This document shows, piece after piece, positions 38,781-52,819 of a stretch of DNA of 64,000 bases (position 1 is the first letter of the stretch; every line of letters starts with the position of its first letter). The stretch lies in NCBI RefSeq assembly GCF_001194135.2, contig NC_068988.1, forward strand, positions 17,950,542 through 18,014,541, read 5' to 3'. Origin of the DNA: Octopus bimaculoides (Eukaryota). Below the pieces are notes generated by a model. The model was not told where the DNA came from. It searched no databases and saw only the letters and a program-made list of their open reading frames with translations. The translations under genes and the position numbers were made by a program.

Positions 38781-40879
38781 ATCATTTTGCAGTTAACATG
38801 ATTTGTTACTGTAAAGATTCCATGGTCTGTCTTCGATCTTATCAAAATTTCATCCATAACTTTATGGTTGTGGTAAATTTCGTCTCATACTTAACAATCA
38901 CAGAGATACAGTCGTTGTGATTGCTAATTAAATTTAAGAGTGCTAAGATCGGTACAGTAACACATACTATTGAGATGGGAAGTTGTAATGATCAATTGTT
39001 AAGGAACTTTATTTTGAGTCTTCTTAACTTCGTATTTACTTTTCATTACTTAGGTCAATATTACTTTTTACCCCCAGACTCCTCTCCCCAGTTTGAGATT
39101 CCTTTCATCGTCCTAGGTCTGTCTTATTTTTTTCGAAGCGGGTAGAATAAATATCAGTCCACACGTCGTCTTTAAGCGGTCACAACCGACGTGTTTCGCA
39201 ACATCGAATCAGGAATTTTCTTGCATTAGCTTTGCAGATCCACAATTATTTATGTCATGTGTTTGTACTAATAACAGCAAAGTAGTTGAGACGTCTTAGT
39301 TCTATATCCGAAATATAACATTAGATATTGCTTACTGTGTAGCCCAAAAGTAATGGTTAGCAAAATCACTCTCCTATAATTGCGTTGAGTTATAATAGTA
39401 TAGACAGGGTGAATGTGTCCAAAATTTTTTTTTCGTCTTACACCTAAGCCATTTGATGTTATGAGCCTGATGTACGTACCATCAACACCCGGACTTAAAA
39501 GAAGCTGCTGCTTTGCAAAATGGAATATGGATACTAAAGGCTGTGGGACCAGTCCTAACATAAAGGTCGCTGGAGTTTTACCCTCAGTATACTGTTAGTT
39601 AATTAGCAAGATGAATTCACAAGTCTACATGAACTGGAGAAGATATAATCGATAATATCTTTAAAACAGTTGCTTCTACATTGACCCATAGTCCGATGAC
39701 TGAATCCAGTAAAAACAAAAATAAAAGGATGAAGAGACTATCTACAAATATTTGATAGCTAAATAAAAAAAAATAACAAGAAACATTTTCGCTCATTGAT
39801 ATATTTGTGATATTTGTCTTTTATCGTTTTCTAAATATAGTTAAGTCAAGTGAAGGAAGAGAGTGGCTTAGGAGCATAATACGAAATAAAGCCAGCAGGC
39901 AAACTGGTTACAAAAATATACACAAAAAAGAAAAATAAACGAAGCCCTCGTATTAGAAGCTCATTAGGACATTACACGAAATTGCAATGAAACAAATAGT
40001 TTCCAGCTTTCTCTTCTTTCTGCCATTTACTTCTTCCCTCGTTTCTTACATTTACTTCTCCGTCTTATCTTCATTTTCATTAGAATTCTTTGCTCTTCGA
40101 TTAAAATAAACGAAGGTTTAACTTATTGCCTGTAAATACAATTCCCAGTGTCACTATACGAAAATAAATTCCCACTTAAATATATTTATAATTTGTACCA
40201 TAGTTTCATTTGCTTTCACCATTACTACCACTACAGTCTAAATAACCAAATCTAATTTCCAGCAATTACATTTCGTGGAAAATGGTAACAACAAATATAT
40301 TTCTTTATCTCGATGTTATTAAAGTAAACTAAATGAAATAAGCAAAAACACTACCAAAAATATAAAGGAAAAATTAAAAACGAGACATTATTTCCATTTT
40401 TGTCAGGGCTGTTTCATTGTCTTGGTAGAACATTTTTTTTTTCTTCTGAAAATGTTACAATTTATCTGAAATTGAGTGTTTATTTAATAAATATACATAC
40501 GCCTGCATTTATGTGTATGTGAGAGCAAGACTGTGTAGGAAGGGGACGTAAGTGTGTATGTCGTCATACATTGTCAAATATCAAATCAAACTCCAGCTTA
40601 TAATTATATATAATATTTGAAAATCATTTAGTCTTTACTTATGATGTCGAAAAAAATTTTCGCAAAGGGAAGAAAGAGTTATATTCACACACACACACGC
40701 ACGCACGCACGCACGCACGCACGCACACACAGGTTCATACGCAAATACACACATACGTATAGCTGAATAGTTCAGGTGCTCGCATCACAATCCTGAGACC
40801 CTGCGTGCAAACGAAAAAGCATAGGACAAGTGCAGTTTTCAATAGCCACGAGTGAGCACAAACTTTATAAGTGAAACAG

Positions 40880-41050
40880 GGTAGCCAGAAACTGTGTCGA
40901 AGCTGGCGGATGTTCTGTACCTGCAATTTAAAGGTCCAGCCATGTCACACTGTAACGCCGATTCTTGAGAATTACGTTATGGATACACGTGTCTGTAGAA
41001 TGATCGGCTACCTGCACGTTAATCAGGTGATCGAAGAATTGAAAGGTCGA
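40880..41050 (+). mobile_element. Degraded internal/3' fragment of SINE family C
   Basis: tttaaaggtccagccatgtcacactg...gaattacgttatggatacacgtgtctgtaga...ctgcacgttaat matches the 3' part of family C. Confidence 0.6.
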
Positions 41051-41180
41051 AACTGGTTAATATAGATACATATAGATACACAATCACACACGCACACTCA
41101 CACACACAAACACACACACATTATATGGTACATACACACACACATATATGAATATATATATATACATATATATATATAAC

Positions 41181-41220
<40 letters not shown>

Positions 41221-42439
41221 TCCCGTAATTCACTAACAGTTATCAACGTCAACTTCTCCGTATAAACTGAGTAACTTAAAAGACTAAATAATTGATATAC
41301 TGAAATTCATGCGTTGCCGAAGAGCCCCTTGGAAGTAAAAATGACTCAAGTTATAAATCGAAACCAGACCACTGCTTCTGCTTAACGTAAGCTTAACTCT
41401 GTCCAAAGGATCCTGTATTCCTTCCAAATTAGATATATTGTTTTCCCCAAAATCAATAGTTAACCAAGTAAAGCCAGATGAATAGCAAAATTGAAATTAC
41501 GCTTGGCTGCGTTGAACGCCCGGAAATCGCTATAGTTATTAATTTGGTGTTCAGCTTTTTTTTTATCTTAAATATCTTTGCTGCTTTTTCGTAAACCGTA
41601 AAAATTCCACAAATATTCGGATCAAAACAAATAATATTGCATACATGCAAATGCAAATTATTGCCCAAAATATACTTTTTAAATACGAACCGTAATCTGT
41701 AAGAAACTATTTGTTTCCTACACACCACAGGAAATTATATATGCAAATAACATTACCCAATCATCGCTACATCATTATGACCAATCAGTGCTAAATATAT
41801 TAGATTCTACCTTGCCTTTGATGCTGAACAACAATAGTGACTCTTGACATTGGTCGAAATCCTTATATCAGATAACTCCCTACCTCCACTCTCTCTCTTG
41901 CTCGTTCGTAATGCCTTTATAGTTTTCATGGCTTTTAGCGAAATAAGTGGGAGTGTAGCGGATTCAGCTGGCCTCAGTGTATAACTGAGATTATTTTATC
42001 AACTCCAAAATAATTTCTCATGAGTTCTTTTGTTCTTACTGTCACTGCTCTGTGGGGAGTAATTAGTTTTACACGTGTTTGTCTTATTAAAAATGCTGAT
42101 AACATGTACATTTATATACATACATACATATGTATTAAAGCAAAAAAAATGTTTTAACGCTTTTTGACTTGCAGCTTTTATGATGTAAAGTAATATTTTG
42201 AAACAGATGCTGTTGTATCTTACCAGGGAGCGGGGCCTTTGTTTTTATGAGAAAAATTAATTACCTTCCTAAGATATAACATATTACACTTACCACTTTG
42301 AAAACTCTGGGCAGGTTTAAAGTGAAGGAAAAGATCCGATAAAAAAGTTAGCCCAGTACACTGTGGGATGCTAGCTTTAGGGTTCTAGAGTTACAGTTAA
42401 TACTGTTATATTTATTAACATAAAAAGGGAAAATACTGC

Positions 42440-42600
42440 AGTCGAGCAGATCGGTCTGGAAAATCGTTTCGCGCATTGGACAAAAATGCTTAGCGATATT
42501 CCTTCTGGCTTTACGTTCTGAGTTCAAATAACACCGAAGTCGATCTTGCCTTTCATCCTTTTGAGGCCGATAAAATAAGTACCAGTTGAGCAGTGATGCA
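42440..42600 (+). mobile_element. SINE family A copy
   Basis: aaatgcttagcgatatt...gttctgagttcaaataacaccgaagtcgatcttgcctttcatcc...aagtaccagttgag. Confidence 0.75.
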
Positions 42601-45410
42601 GGTGTAATTTATGATGATAATAATAATTTATTTTAACCGAGGCACAAGGCCCTAAACTAAGCACCACAAATTGTATTGGACCCGTTCTCAATTGGTTCGG
42701 TAATCTAATCTGATTTCGTCGAAATATTGACTTCTCTATAGGGATAGGAAAGTCATCCGAGATAATATGAATATAAATCAAACCCTATGTTTCATGGAAA
42801 TGACGAAACATTTCTCAGTTAATGATGAAATCATAGGCAGACAGATTTACCTACATCAATTCGTGAACTCGGAAAGAGTATGTAGGTTGAAATAATCAGT
42901 AATTTCTATCCAGTAATTGCCACTGTTGTGTCTATGGTCAAATCTTTCATTGCTCTAAAAATAGTTGTCGTCGTGTAAAAGCAATTCACCGTTATAAACA
43001 GTGGCAGCACCAGTAAATCAACACGTGATTTAATTGCTGTGTTAAGTTCAGGACTGTAAAGCTTAGAGAGGAATGGGATTCAATAAGCTGATTTTCTGAG
43101 GATAAACTAATGAAGATCGAGTCTTTTGTCTATTCGACCGGATGGTTTAAGAAACTTTCTATGTCACATAATGAAACCAATTGAACGAGTTGGCGAGCCA
43201 CATGAAAATGTAAACAAATCACGCTCAAACTATTCACTGCTGTCTTTAAAAAACGAAAGAGTCACGATTAGAATGCCTTTAATGATAGATGTACTTGATC
43301 ATGGTTGACTTGAAGCTAAACAAGAACAAGGTATAATGCGAATTATGAACGCCCTACTGATTTGATATTAATCTTCAGTGCACCATCTCTGACGATGAGC
43401 AATAAAAAATCGGTTTTTATTCACTAATAAGCTTTAAATAGAACATTTCTTCAGCAAATTTCAGTTTTATGTGTTTTTTATCTCTAAATTTATTAGACAT
43501 TTGTGTTGATTTATCATCATTGAGCTTATTTCATCACAATATCTAAAGGAAGATGCTATAAATTTGTCACCCCAAATTTACTGGTCACAATTAAAACATA
43601 ACAGTTCGAGTTAGATCTATAAGTATTGAAAGAATAACAAAATATAATGAACTTAGTTACATTTAATCCCAACTAGAAAATATATTCACGTGCACATACG
43701 CACATACACAAATCATACCCGATAGCATTGTTAGAACTTGCAAAAGGAAGTTTTATATTTGTAAACTTCTCATTTTTCTTAAGTTTCCGGCGTTATTGTT
43801 TCTTTACATTTTTGTTCTTTATGTAAGAGAAAGAGAATTATACGATAATTATATTACAAATTGAATAGGAAGCAATTTATTGTTTTCTCCTAGTGGACGC
43901 CTTTATTACAAGAGAGATAAATCATTTCTTCATAATATTTGGTGACGAATATTTGAAATTAGAGAATTGTAAAGGAAAAATGTGCATACAATTCACAGAC
44001 TTAATATTTGTTTGGTTTTGTTTACTCATTACGAAGTTGTTAATAATTCTAACCGGTGGTAATCACGTATAGCATTATCTCATTCTTTTTAGAAATCGTC
44101 AGCGTGATATAACCTACCATTTATTTATAAAACATTTTAAGAAGTGAGACATTCTATTATAGATCGAAATAATCTGTAGGACGTCCAAGGAATATCTGCC
44201 TATTATTTTTTAATAAATTTGACATCCGATATAATCAATTAGCTAAACATTAAAAAAATCTAAAGATTTATTGAATAGTAACAAACCTTATTTTTAACTT
44301 ATTTAATTCATACCATTGTTTAGTTCTAAATTCAGAAATGTTATGAACATGTTATGATTAACTTTTGAATGGCTCAATAAACTAGGGAAGAAAAACTACT
44401 TCTCATATTTTAACCAATTCAATGTTGTGCTACAGTCGAACAAGACTAAGCTTTCTATTGCCAGTAAAATGCGACTAGTTGATATGTATATTTTAAGCTA
44501 AGATAAATGTTACTATCTGCTAACATCTAGAACTTACTGAAGTAAAATGTATGGATAGTCCAAATGAAATTCTATTTATCGTCCGTATATTTTGTGTGAC
44601 ATATCAATTTCCATTTTCTTTCATTCTGTAAATTACAAATTCTAGCCGTATGAATATATTCTTACTCTGTCTTACTATAAATATGTATGCACTAGTTATA
44701 TAATTCTATTTATTCGATGGCTATAAATAATATATCCATTAATAATAATAAATATGAAAGGTTTTATAACAGCTGTCTCTCGAAGTCCCATCTCTCATGG
44801 GAAAGAAAAAGATAAGTTTTTGTTCCCCTAATTTTTTAGTATTCCTGTATTTCATACAACAAAAGTTGCAATTCGGGAGTGGGGGGGGGCTAGAAAAATA
44901 GGATATTGTTGTTTAACACCGAGTCTGTTCACATCAAGCAGGCATTCCAACCATTTCAGCCATGAACATCCCGTCTTTTCAATGATATGTTGGACTTCAT
45001 TATCTGATGTGTCCTGTTCTTACATAAGATGGTAGAGTGTAGCTTGAAGGAGGTTTGGTTGCTATTTCTAGATGCTTGTGTGACCACTTAAAGACACGCT
45101 TTGTGGTTGAATATATTAGAATTCACTGAGAATAAAGAAGAGTGTAAAGGTACTCCTGAGATGATGTAGAAAATAAAGTGATAGGACACTGAAAGAGAAA
45201 ATATAGTCATTAAAAAATAAACTTAAAATTTATCGAAAAACTTCAAACCTAGAATACTAGAATAAAGCGAAGAATATACAGTAATATTAAATACAAAGAA
45301 AATAATTGAGGAAAGTTTTACAATATTAGAATGCAGTCGAGGAATAATACGGAGGAAAAAAACATACCAGTTATATTAGGAAAATATATGAGAATGCCAT
45401 GAAATATTCT

Positions 45411-45830
45411 ATTCATCCATCTTCTCCGCCGGCTATTCCTGGGAGAATCCTGAGGATGTGGGGTTGAATCCTCAGGTATCTCCTCCATTGGGTCATATCA
45501 GAAGCAAACGTCATTGCACTTTCTGACTGGATTCCCAAATGGGACCAACTGAAACTATGGATATCCTCCAGCCATTTCGAACTTAGTCTACTCCGAGGTC
45601 TGCCGGTTGGCTCGGCTTGAAGAACCCGATTCTTTCTTCCGACATTCTAATCACATATTAGTAGTATCGAAGCTGCGACCTCTCAACGCGGAGAAGTAGC
45701 GGCTCGACTTGAAGAGATTTTTCACCTACGAGCTATGCACCCTGTCGAGTAACTTTACTCCAGAGACCCTTCGGCGAAACTCCATTTCGGCTGCATGTAT
45801 TCACAACCGTACTCTCTTCGTCATTACCTA
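45411..45830 (-). mobile_element. 5'-truncated RTE-clade LINE 3' end
   Basis: Minus translation VMTKRVRL*IHAAEMEFRRRVSGVKLLDRVHSS..LQVEPLLLRVERSQLRYY*YVIRMSEERI..AEPTGRPRSRLSSKWLEDI matches the RTE ORF C-terminus (AAEMxFLRR, EPLLL, RSQLRW, RPRGRP); ends in a GATG-type tail. Confidence 0.85.
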
Positions 45831-47005
45831 TTTATCTTACAGAATTTTTTTGAGAATGTTATGAGAAAATATTTCAGGATACAAATTGAAAATTGTCCCA
45901 GAAACTTGAATTTTTATGTATTTTTTGTACTTTGGTCAATTTTACTGTAATCTCGATTTTGTGGGGTCATACATTGAAATTCTACTTTCTTCTGTGATCG
46001 AGTCTAAGTGAAATAATTTAACATTAACAATATTGCATGGTACTCTAAAAGTATGCACAAGAAAACTATTTCAATTATTTTTTTTTTGTACCCTGCTGTA
46101 CCGTCTATATTTTAAACACACTAACTTCTTCATATCTCACTGCTGTTTTTATATTGTTGTTGAATTTTTACATTGAGTCTCAGGATATACTCTTCACATC
46201 TCTATAACCTTGTCATAAGAGAATTATATTCTATTGTCTTTTTGAAAGAGTTCTTCCTTGTTTACATGTTGCTAAGCATTGCCAATCATATTAGTATGTA
46301 TGTAAATAATCCTGTACGTGTGCAGTTCTTTGTTGTAGTGAGCGTTCTGTGCGCGTGTGCGCTGTGTGTTCGTAAGAGAGAAAGTGGCAGAAGCAGAGTC
46401 TGTGTTTGATGTGTTTTTGCTTGGCAAATAGACAGTTATGAAGACAAGCAGAAGTAGAGAAAATATTTTAAATTTAGGTTGCTCTTTCTTGTGAAGATTT
46501 GATCTTTTCTATGGTGTGTGTTGCTTTTGCCGGGCAATCTTACGAAACAGAAATATTTCAAACTAAATTGAATATCACAAGCTAGAAGTAATTCATAAAA
46601 CCTGCCTTTCAGACAATTTTCTGTCAGTTTGAGTTTTAACAGCTGCCACAGATTTGCATCCATTATCTTAAACACTGTCAACGATCTTTGAGCTAAAAAT
46701 TTGGTTACTGTTTTTTATACGGAACCCATGAAAACGGCAGAAGGGATGTACAGGAAAGACTAAGAATCATGAAAATAGGTGGTATTAAAAGTAAAAAAAA
46801 AAAAACGGCAAAGTTTGCTTATGTAATTTTTGACAAGACAGCAAGCTTGTCATTACGGTAGTATATTGATGAGTTTCACTCCTAATTACACAATCACCTC
46901 CAAGATATCTAACTTCATCCGTATTATGTTGTTTATGTTTATTCTGCGAAATATTTTATTCTAAAAATAAACATTCTTAGTCGCTCCTGCAAATGATTGC
47001 CTTTT

Positions 47006-47043
<38 letters not shown>

Positions 47044-48440
47044 AAAAGTGTGTGCATGAGTCTCTAAATAAACTTTATATTTCGTAGTTCTGAGTTTCAC
47101 GTCTTTGATCTTCAGACATAAATTGCTCAATGAAGGGGAAGCTAATTGTTATTATGAATATTCAAAAGAAGTGCAAAAATAAAAAAATAGTTTCGAACTG
47201 TTTACTGGTACAAAAACAAATATTTTATAATATAACGGGATAATGCGATTAGGTGAACAGACGTTGTGTAGATCAAACAATTCATGTAAAAAATACTTTC
47301 ATATTTAAATACTTTGAAAATATTAAAATATTAAAGCGTAAGAGACAGAAATTTATATAAAAGAGAAGATGTGACATTGAAAAACAATCGACCACACTTT
47401 AACATTCACAGAATAATATTAATTCATAAACTTATTTGATGAAAATGTTATTTTGAAATACTCTCCTTGCAGCTTACTGATAGAAACACTTGGCAGTAAT
47501 TGGTCGCCCGTTTAACATCAGCTGACACATTTGGGCCTTTAGCAGAGCCCACTCCGGTGCAGGCCAGGACTAAGATTTGAGGATACTTTCCTCCTCCCCC
47601 GCCCTTTCAATCTTGGAGGCCTTGTAAAGGGTCACAAACATTGCCTTCCTCCTTCGCTAAAAGATAAAAACAATATAAACAACAAAATAAAAACAAGACA
47701 GGAAAAAAAGTAACCACTGAAAGTATCGGTAGGGAAAAGTGATAACTAAATAAAAAGAGAGTTGCAGAAAGCGAGACAGCGTCAGAGACAGAGAAGGTAG
47801 TAAACAGACGGACAAACAGACAGACTGCCAAACAAACAAACAAACACAATCAGATAGACTGACAGACAAAACATTAAATCATTCCAGCCAGTGGGAAAAA
47901 TATGCTGAAAATCAAAATTTTGTGTAAATATGCTACTTCATAATATCATAGCAAAAAGCATTGAGAATATCCGTTCTTGAATTAAAGCTACCGTTAACAT
48001 GGGTTACAATTAATGCTTTTTCTGTTAAATAAAGATGACTAAGTTTATTTCCAAGTCCCGTTTCTATAAATATTCTTGTTTCTGCATTTGCTAATATGTA
48101 CTTTAATTATCTGGATAGCCACACAAGAAAACCCTCTCCATTCATTATGGTTAATTACTTTATTGTGGTCAAATTGATGAGGTTAGACCAATGTTTTTGC
48201 ATCACTTTCGATTAGGTGCTGCACAGTTTCTTCAATTTTCAATTTGTTCTTCAAGTCATATGTTCATGCATACATACATACATACATACATACATACATA
48301 CATAATAATCACACACACACACACACATACGCACTCACACATATGTATACATGCACAGACACAAGTATCTTTGTATATATGATGTATATTGCGACGTCAT
48401 GCAGTCGTACTTCGGCAAGACCCCGGACGAGTCACCAATT

Positions 48441-48711
48441 TGTTACGATCAGACAAATTCTAATGTAAAAAGAAAAGGGGGTAAACTTCTGATCGCAACA
48501 ACAGAAATTGTTCAAACAGGGAAATTAATGTTCGAAGATTAAGATTATGTCCAGTCCTCAATTTTTTAAAGGTAGGTGGTGAACGATCTCACCCGTCTAA
48601 ACAGTTACTCTCAATCTACGAACATTAATTTCCCTGTTTGAACAATTTCTGTTGTTGCGATCAGAAGTCTACCCCCTTTTTTTTTACATTAGAATCTGTC
48701 TGATCGTAACA
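48441..48711. mobile_element. Fold-back MITE with ~100-bp TIRs and TGT...ACA termini
   Basis: TGTTACGATCAGACAAATTC...GGAAATTAATGTTCG mirrored by CGAACATTAATTTCC...GAATCTGTCTGATCGTAACA; spacer about 65 bp. Confidence 0.85.
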
Positions 48712-49604
48712 ATATATATATGTGTGCATGCATTTTTCCGGCTATAAAGCTACCCAAGTGACTGAAGACCTGAGGATTACGTGAATTGCAATTATCGCTT
48801 GTTGATGCAATGCACGAACCTTTTATCACTTGAATCACTTTAAAGCCGAACGTTTTTATGTATTCTTGAAATAAAACATTTCTATATACTCTTGTGAACT
48901 GAGTTCTATTTCTGCGCTCTTTTTATATCCTGGGGCAATTATGGCTTATTTATCCGGAATTGATAAATAACGTACTTATCTGGTACTGTGTATTGACGAA
49001 ATATTGGGAGGTCAGGCGCTTTGTGGATTCTTTTTTGGTTCAGTGCGTTTTAAGTTTAAATTACGCCTCCTATCACCAGAAAATAACAGGCCCTTCGGGA
49101 CTCAGCGAAAATGTGATTGGCTTGAGAAGGCCTAAAACATGTAAGCAACTTTATCAGCTGATTATCCTCGCCGGCGGCAAAAGACAATGCAAAAAGAATC
49201 AATTCTTATGCACTCAAACAAAATTACGCATACAAGCACATGCATAAAGTCACACATACATACGCACGGCACACAAAAGTGCGCACACACGCACGCACAC
49301 TTACACATGCTCACACACACGCATTTATGTGCTTATGTATATGTGTATATCTAAATATATTTTAATAAATAAATATTTATGTATGCGTATATAGATATGT
49401 GTGTGTATGCAGATATATACATACATGTATATATACCAATATAGAAGAAATTATGTGCATTATATGTACACATACGCAAATACATTTACATCTAATATTT
49501 ATATAAAAACATATTTATTAATATGCCAAAGCATATAAACTAGCATACATGAACACTATAGAATTTGTTAATGTACACGCGCGCGCACACACACNNNNNN
49601 NNNN

Positions 49605-49645
<41 letters not shown>

Positions 49646-49999
49646 ACACTCAAATACACACAGCATAGATAGATAGATAGATAGATATGCGTGCTAGTAT
49701 TTGAAATAGAGCGATGCAATGGAAAATGGAAAGAGAGAGCGACGGAATAAAAAATGAGTGCCATAGTAACATATAATTTGGAAACATTCGAAGAGAAGTC
49801 AAGGTTAACACCGTGGAGTAATAGATTCCATAGAAACCAACCAACAAACACAAATTACCAAGCTTCATCGTCAAACGAAATAGTAGCTAGTAGTAGTAGC
49901 AGAATTGCTGAGATTGGTCGCTACTATGTGACTGGTGGAATTAGTGCAAAATTGTTTGAATTGAAGCCGATAATGTGATGTTGGCTAAGTCAAGAGGTC

Positions 50000-50013
50000 G
50001 TTGCCATAGTAAC
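50000..50013. promoter_or_regulatory. RFX X-box motif GTTGCCATAGTAAC
   Basis: Matches the GTNRCC-N0-3-RGYAAC consensus exactly; a weaker copy AGTGCCATAGTAAC lies at 49757-49770. Function untested. Confidence 0.35.
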
Positions 50014-50026
50014 ATTTCAAAATATT

Positions 50027-50058
<32 letters not shown>

Positions 50059-50217
50059 ATTTTTGTCTTAATTTCAAATGAGTTTTTCTTTGGAAACATG
50101 AAAGAATTATAACATACTATTTCATTGTTAGTTATATAATGCACGTTCGCATTCTGTGTACAGTACGTGTGACTTCAAGACTTCAAATAATTTTCTGTTT
50201 GTCTTTCACCTTTTATC

Positions 50218-50442
50218 TGTTACTTGTTTCAGTCATTGGCCTGCGGCTATGCTGGAGCACCGCCTCGAATGGTTTAGCCAAAGAAATCGACTCAGTACTT
50301 ATTTCTAAGCTTATTATTTATTTCTATCAGCCTCTTTCAGTCGAATCGCTAAATTACGGGTACCAAAACAACCAACACCGGTTGTCAAGCGGGGAGGCGG
50401 GGCACAAATAGCAATTTAAAAATGGAAATGCGCGCGCGCACG

Positions 50443-50497
<55 letters not shown>

Positions 50498-50625
50498 CAC
50501 GATGTTTTTTCACTTCCCGTCTACCAAACCCACTCCACAAAGTTTTGGTCGATCAGGGTTTAAATCAAAAGCACTTGCCCAAGTGTCACGTGGGACCTTT
50601 TGGCTGAGCAGCAAATTTCTTACTA
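50218..50625 (-). mobile_element. SINE family B copy, diverged, with internal (CA)n
   Basis: ttacttgtttcagtcattggcctgcggctatgctggagcaccgcc...ccggttgtcaagcg...gcacttgcccaagtgtcacg. Confidence 0.8.
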
Positions 50626-52078
50626 GGGCACGGAAATATTTTGTTTCTTCGAGTCATTCCATTCTGTTTAATTTTTATCAATAATGAATATATTATCTAA
50701 TATGTCATATTTTTATGATATTATGGCATTATTTCAGGGATAATTAGCTTTTTTATATGTCGTCGGTAAAAATAGCAGGTGCTACCAGTGTGGTAGATCT
50801 CAGACACAGCCGCCATTTTTCATCATACACTGCGGTCTTACCTTTTCATTACTTGATGTCTTCATTCCAGTTTTTATCGCTCGCAAGCTTGTTTTCCGTT
50901 CATCCGGACTCCCAGGATCGCGGGTATGAGTATGAATGATTAGTGTGACCAGAATATTGTAAATAGATCCATACAAATACATTTTCAGTGAATTTGTTAA
51001 TGATTTCTCTTTCTCTAGCAATTTGCTAAAATATGATTTATTTTCATTTCATCTGCAATGGTAACAGTGTAAAGTGAGATAAATATCTTGATTAAAAATG
51101 ATGTCTATTAAAGCAATTTTTTCGATGGGTAACAATATTTCGGAAAATCAAGTTAGAATAAGAACTGAATTGTCATTGAGCCAACCAGTTTGCAGAAGTT
51201 TTTCTATGGAGGAGTGGGATTCAATCTCATACTGCAAAACTAAATTCCAGTTTCCAGTTCATTGCCATATTATCACGTTCGTTTTTCTTTTCATTTCTTG
51301 CGTTGCAGTCAGATATGGGGAACAAGTTCAATATTTTATGTACAGCAACACCACACTGGACTTATATCGTAGCTGGAGGTGAGGATGAGGAGGTAATCTA
51401 CTCCGGGTGACGCTTTTATGGAAGTTGCTTTTGGGTCTGCAGTGTCAAGCCTGTATAGGAGTATATCGCGGGGGCGCGGTAGAATCACGGATCGCCCCAG
51501 ATGGGTCGCACTCTCACTATGCCACAGCTCTGGCCTTAGGGTCTGGAGGTATAACCATACTTCTTCACCCGAAAGTATGTGTAATTACGTGACTATTGCA
51601 CCTCTCGGTTATAGAGTGATATGTCCAATGTGGAATGAGTGTAAATGCTGGGAGAAATGGTGACGTGTGGTTTTAGCGGGAACATCACATATAAATAGAA
51701 ACTAAGGAATCCAATATTTTGTACGCTGAAAAGGTTATATAGTCTTAACGACAGGAGATACGACTGACTCTGAAAGCATCCATTTTCTACTAAAGTTTCA
51801 TTTAAAAAGAGAGAAAATACAGAAATTATTACATTCTGTTTCACATCAAAATTAACCTTATAACCATGCTGGAAGCGAGGTGTTTCTGTACTTGACTCCG
51901 AAATTTACATGATGGGGAATATTGTATACATGTTGTCAACAAATTTAGATATTAGCCCAGTAACCAAATACTGATTGTGTAATATTGTTTTGTTTTACAT
52001 TATTGAGACTATTATATGCATATTGTCAACTTTACCTTTCATACTTTCGACGTCGATAAAAAAGTATTAATCAGAGTA

Positions 52079-52453
52079 TGGTTGGCACTCCGTCGGTTAC
52101 GACGACGAGGGTTCCAGTTGATCCGATCAACGGAACAGCCTGCTCGTGAAATTAACGTGCAAGTGGCTGAGCACTCCACAGACATATGTACCCTTAACGT
52201 AGTTTTCGGGGATATTCAGCGTGATACAGAATGTGACAAGGCTGACCCTTTGAATTACAGGCACAACAGAAACAATGAGAGAAAGTAGTGATGACAGCGT
52301 ACAGCAGGGTTCGCCACCATCCTCTGCTGGAGCCTTGTGGAACTTTAGGTGTTTTCGCTCAATAAACACTCACAACGCCCGGTCTGGGATTCGAAACTGC
52401 GATCCTACGACCATGAGTCCGCTGCTCTAACCACTGGGCCATTGCGCCTCCAC
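52079..52453 (-). mobile_element. SINE family C copy with 11-bp TSD
   Basis: Full reverse match; TAATCAGAGTA at 52068-52078 and 52454-52464. Confidence 0.92.
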
Positions 52454-52819
52454 TAATCAGAGTAATAGAGTCACGAAACTATAAGAACGTCAGAAGGATG
52501 GCTTTCAGTATTTGTTCCGGCTCTTTGTGTTCTGAGTTCAGTTCCAGCCGTTACTTACTTGGGTGGTAGATTTAATCTAGCGCTCGATTTAGCACTACCG
52601 CTTGGCACCTTGGAAATCTTTAGCGGAGTTCCGGGATTGAAAGTACCTAATTCTCTCCCTTACTAGTTCCGAAAGCCCTGTCAATGCGTTATGAGTATTC
52701 TATTCATTCCTAACTAAAAGATTTTTTTTTAAATACTCAGAAAATGCGTAAATTTACATTCTAAAAGTTAGATTACATAGCACGTATAGATACCATATAG
52801 ATTCAAACAATGAAAATAC

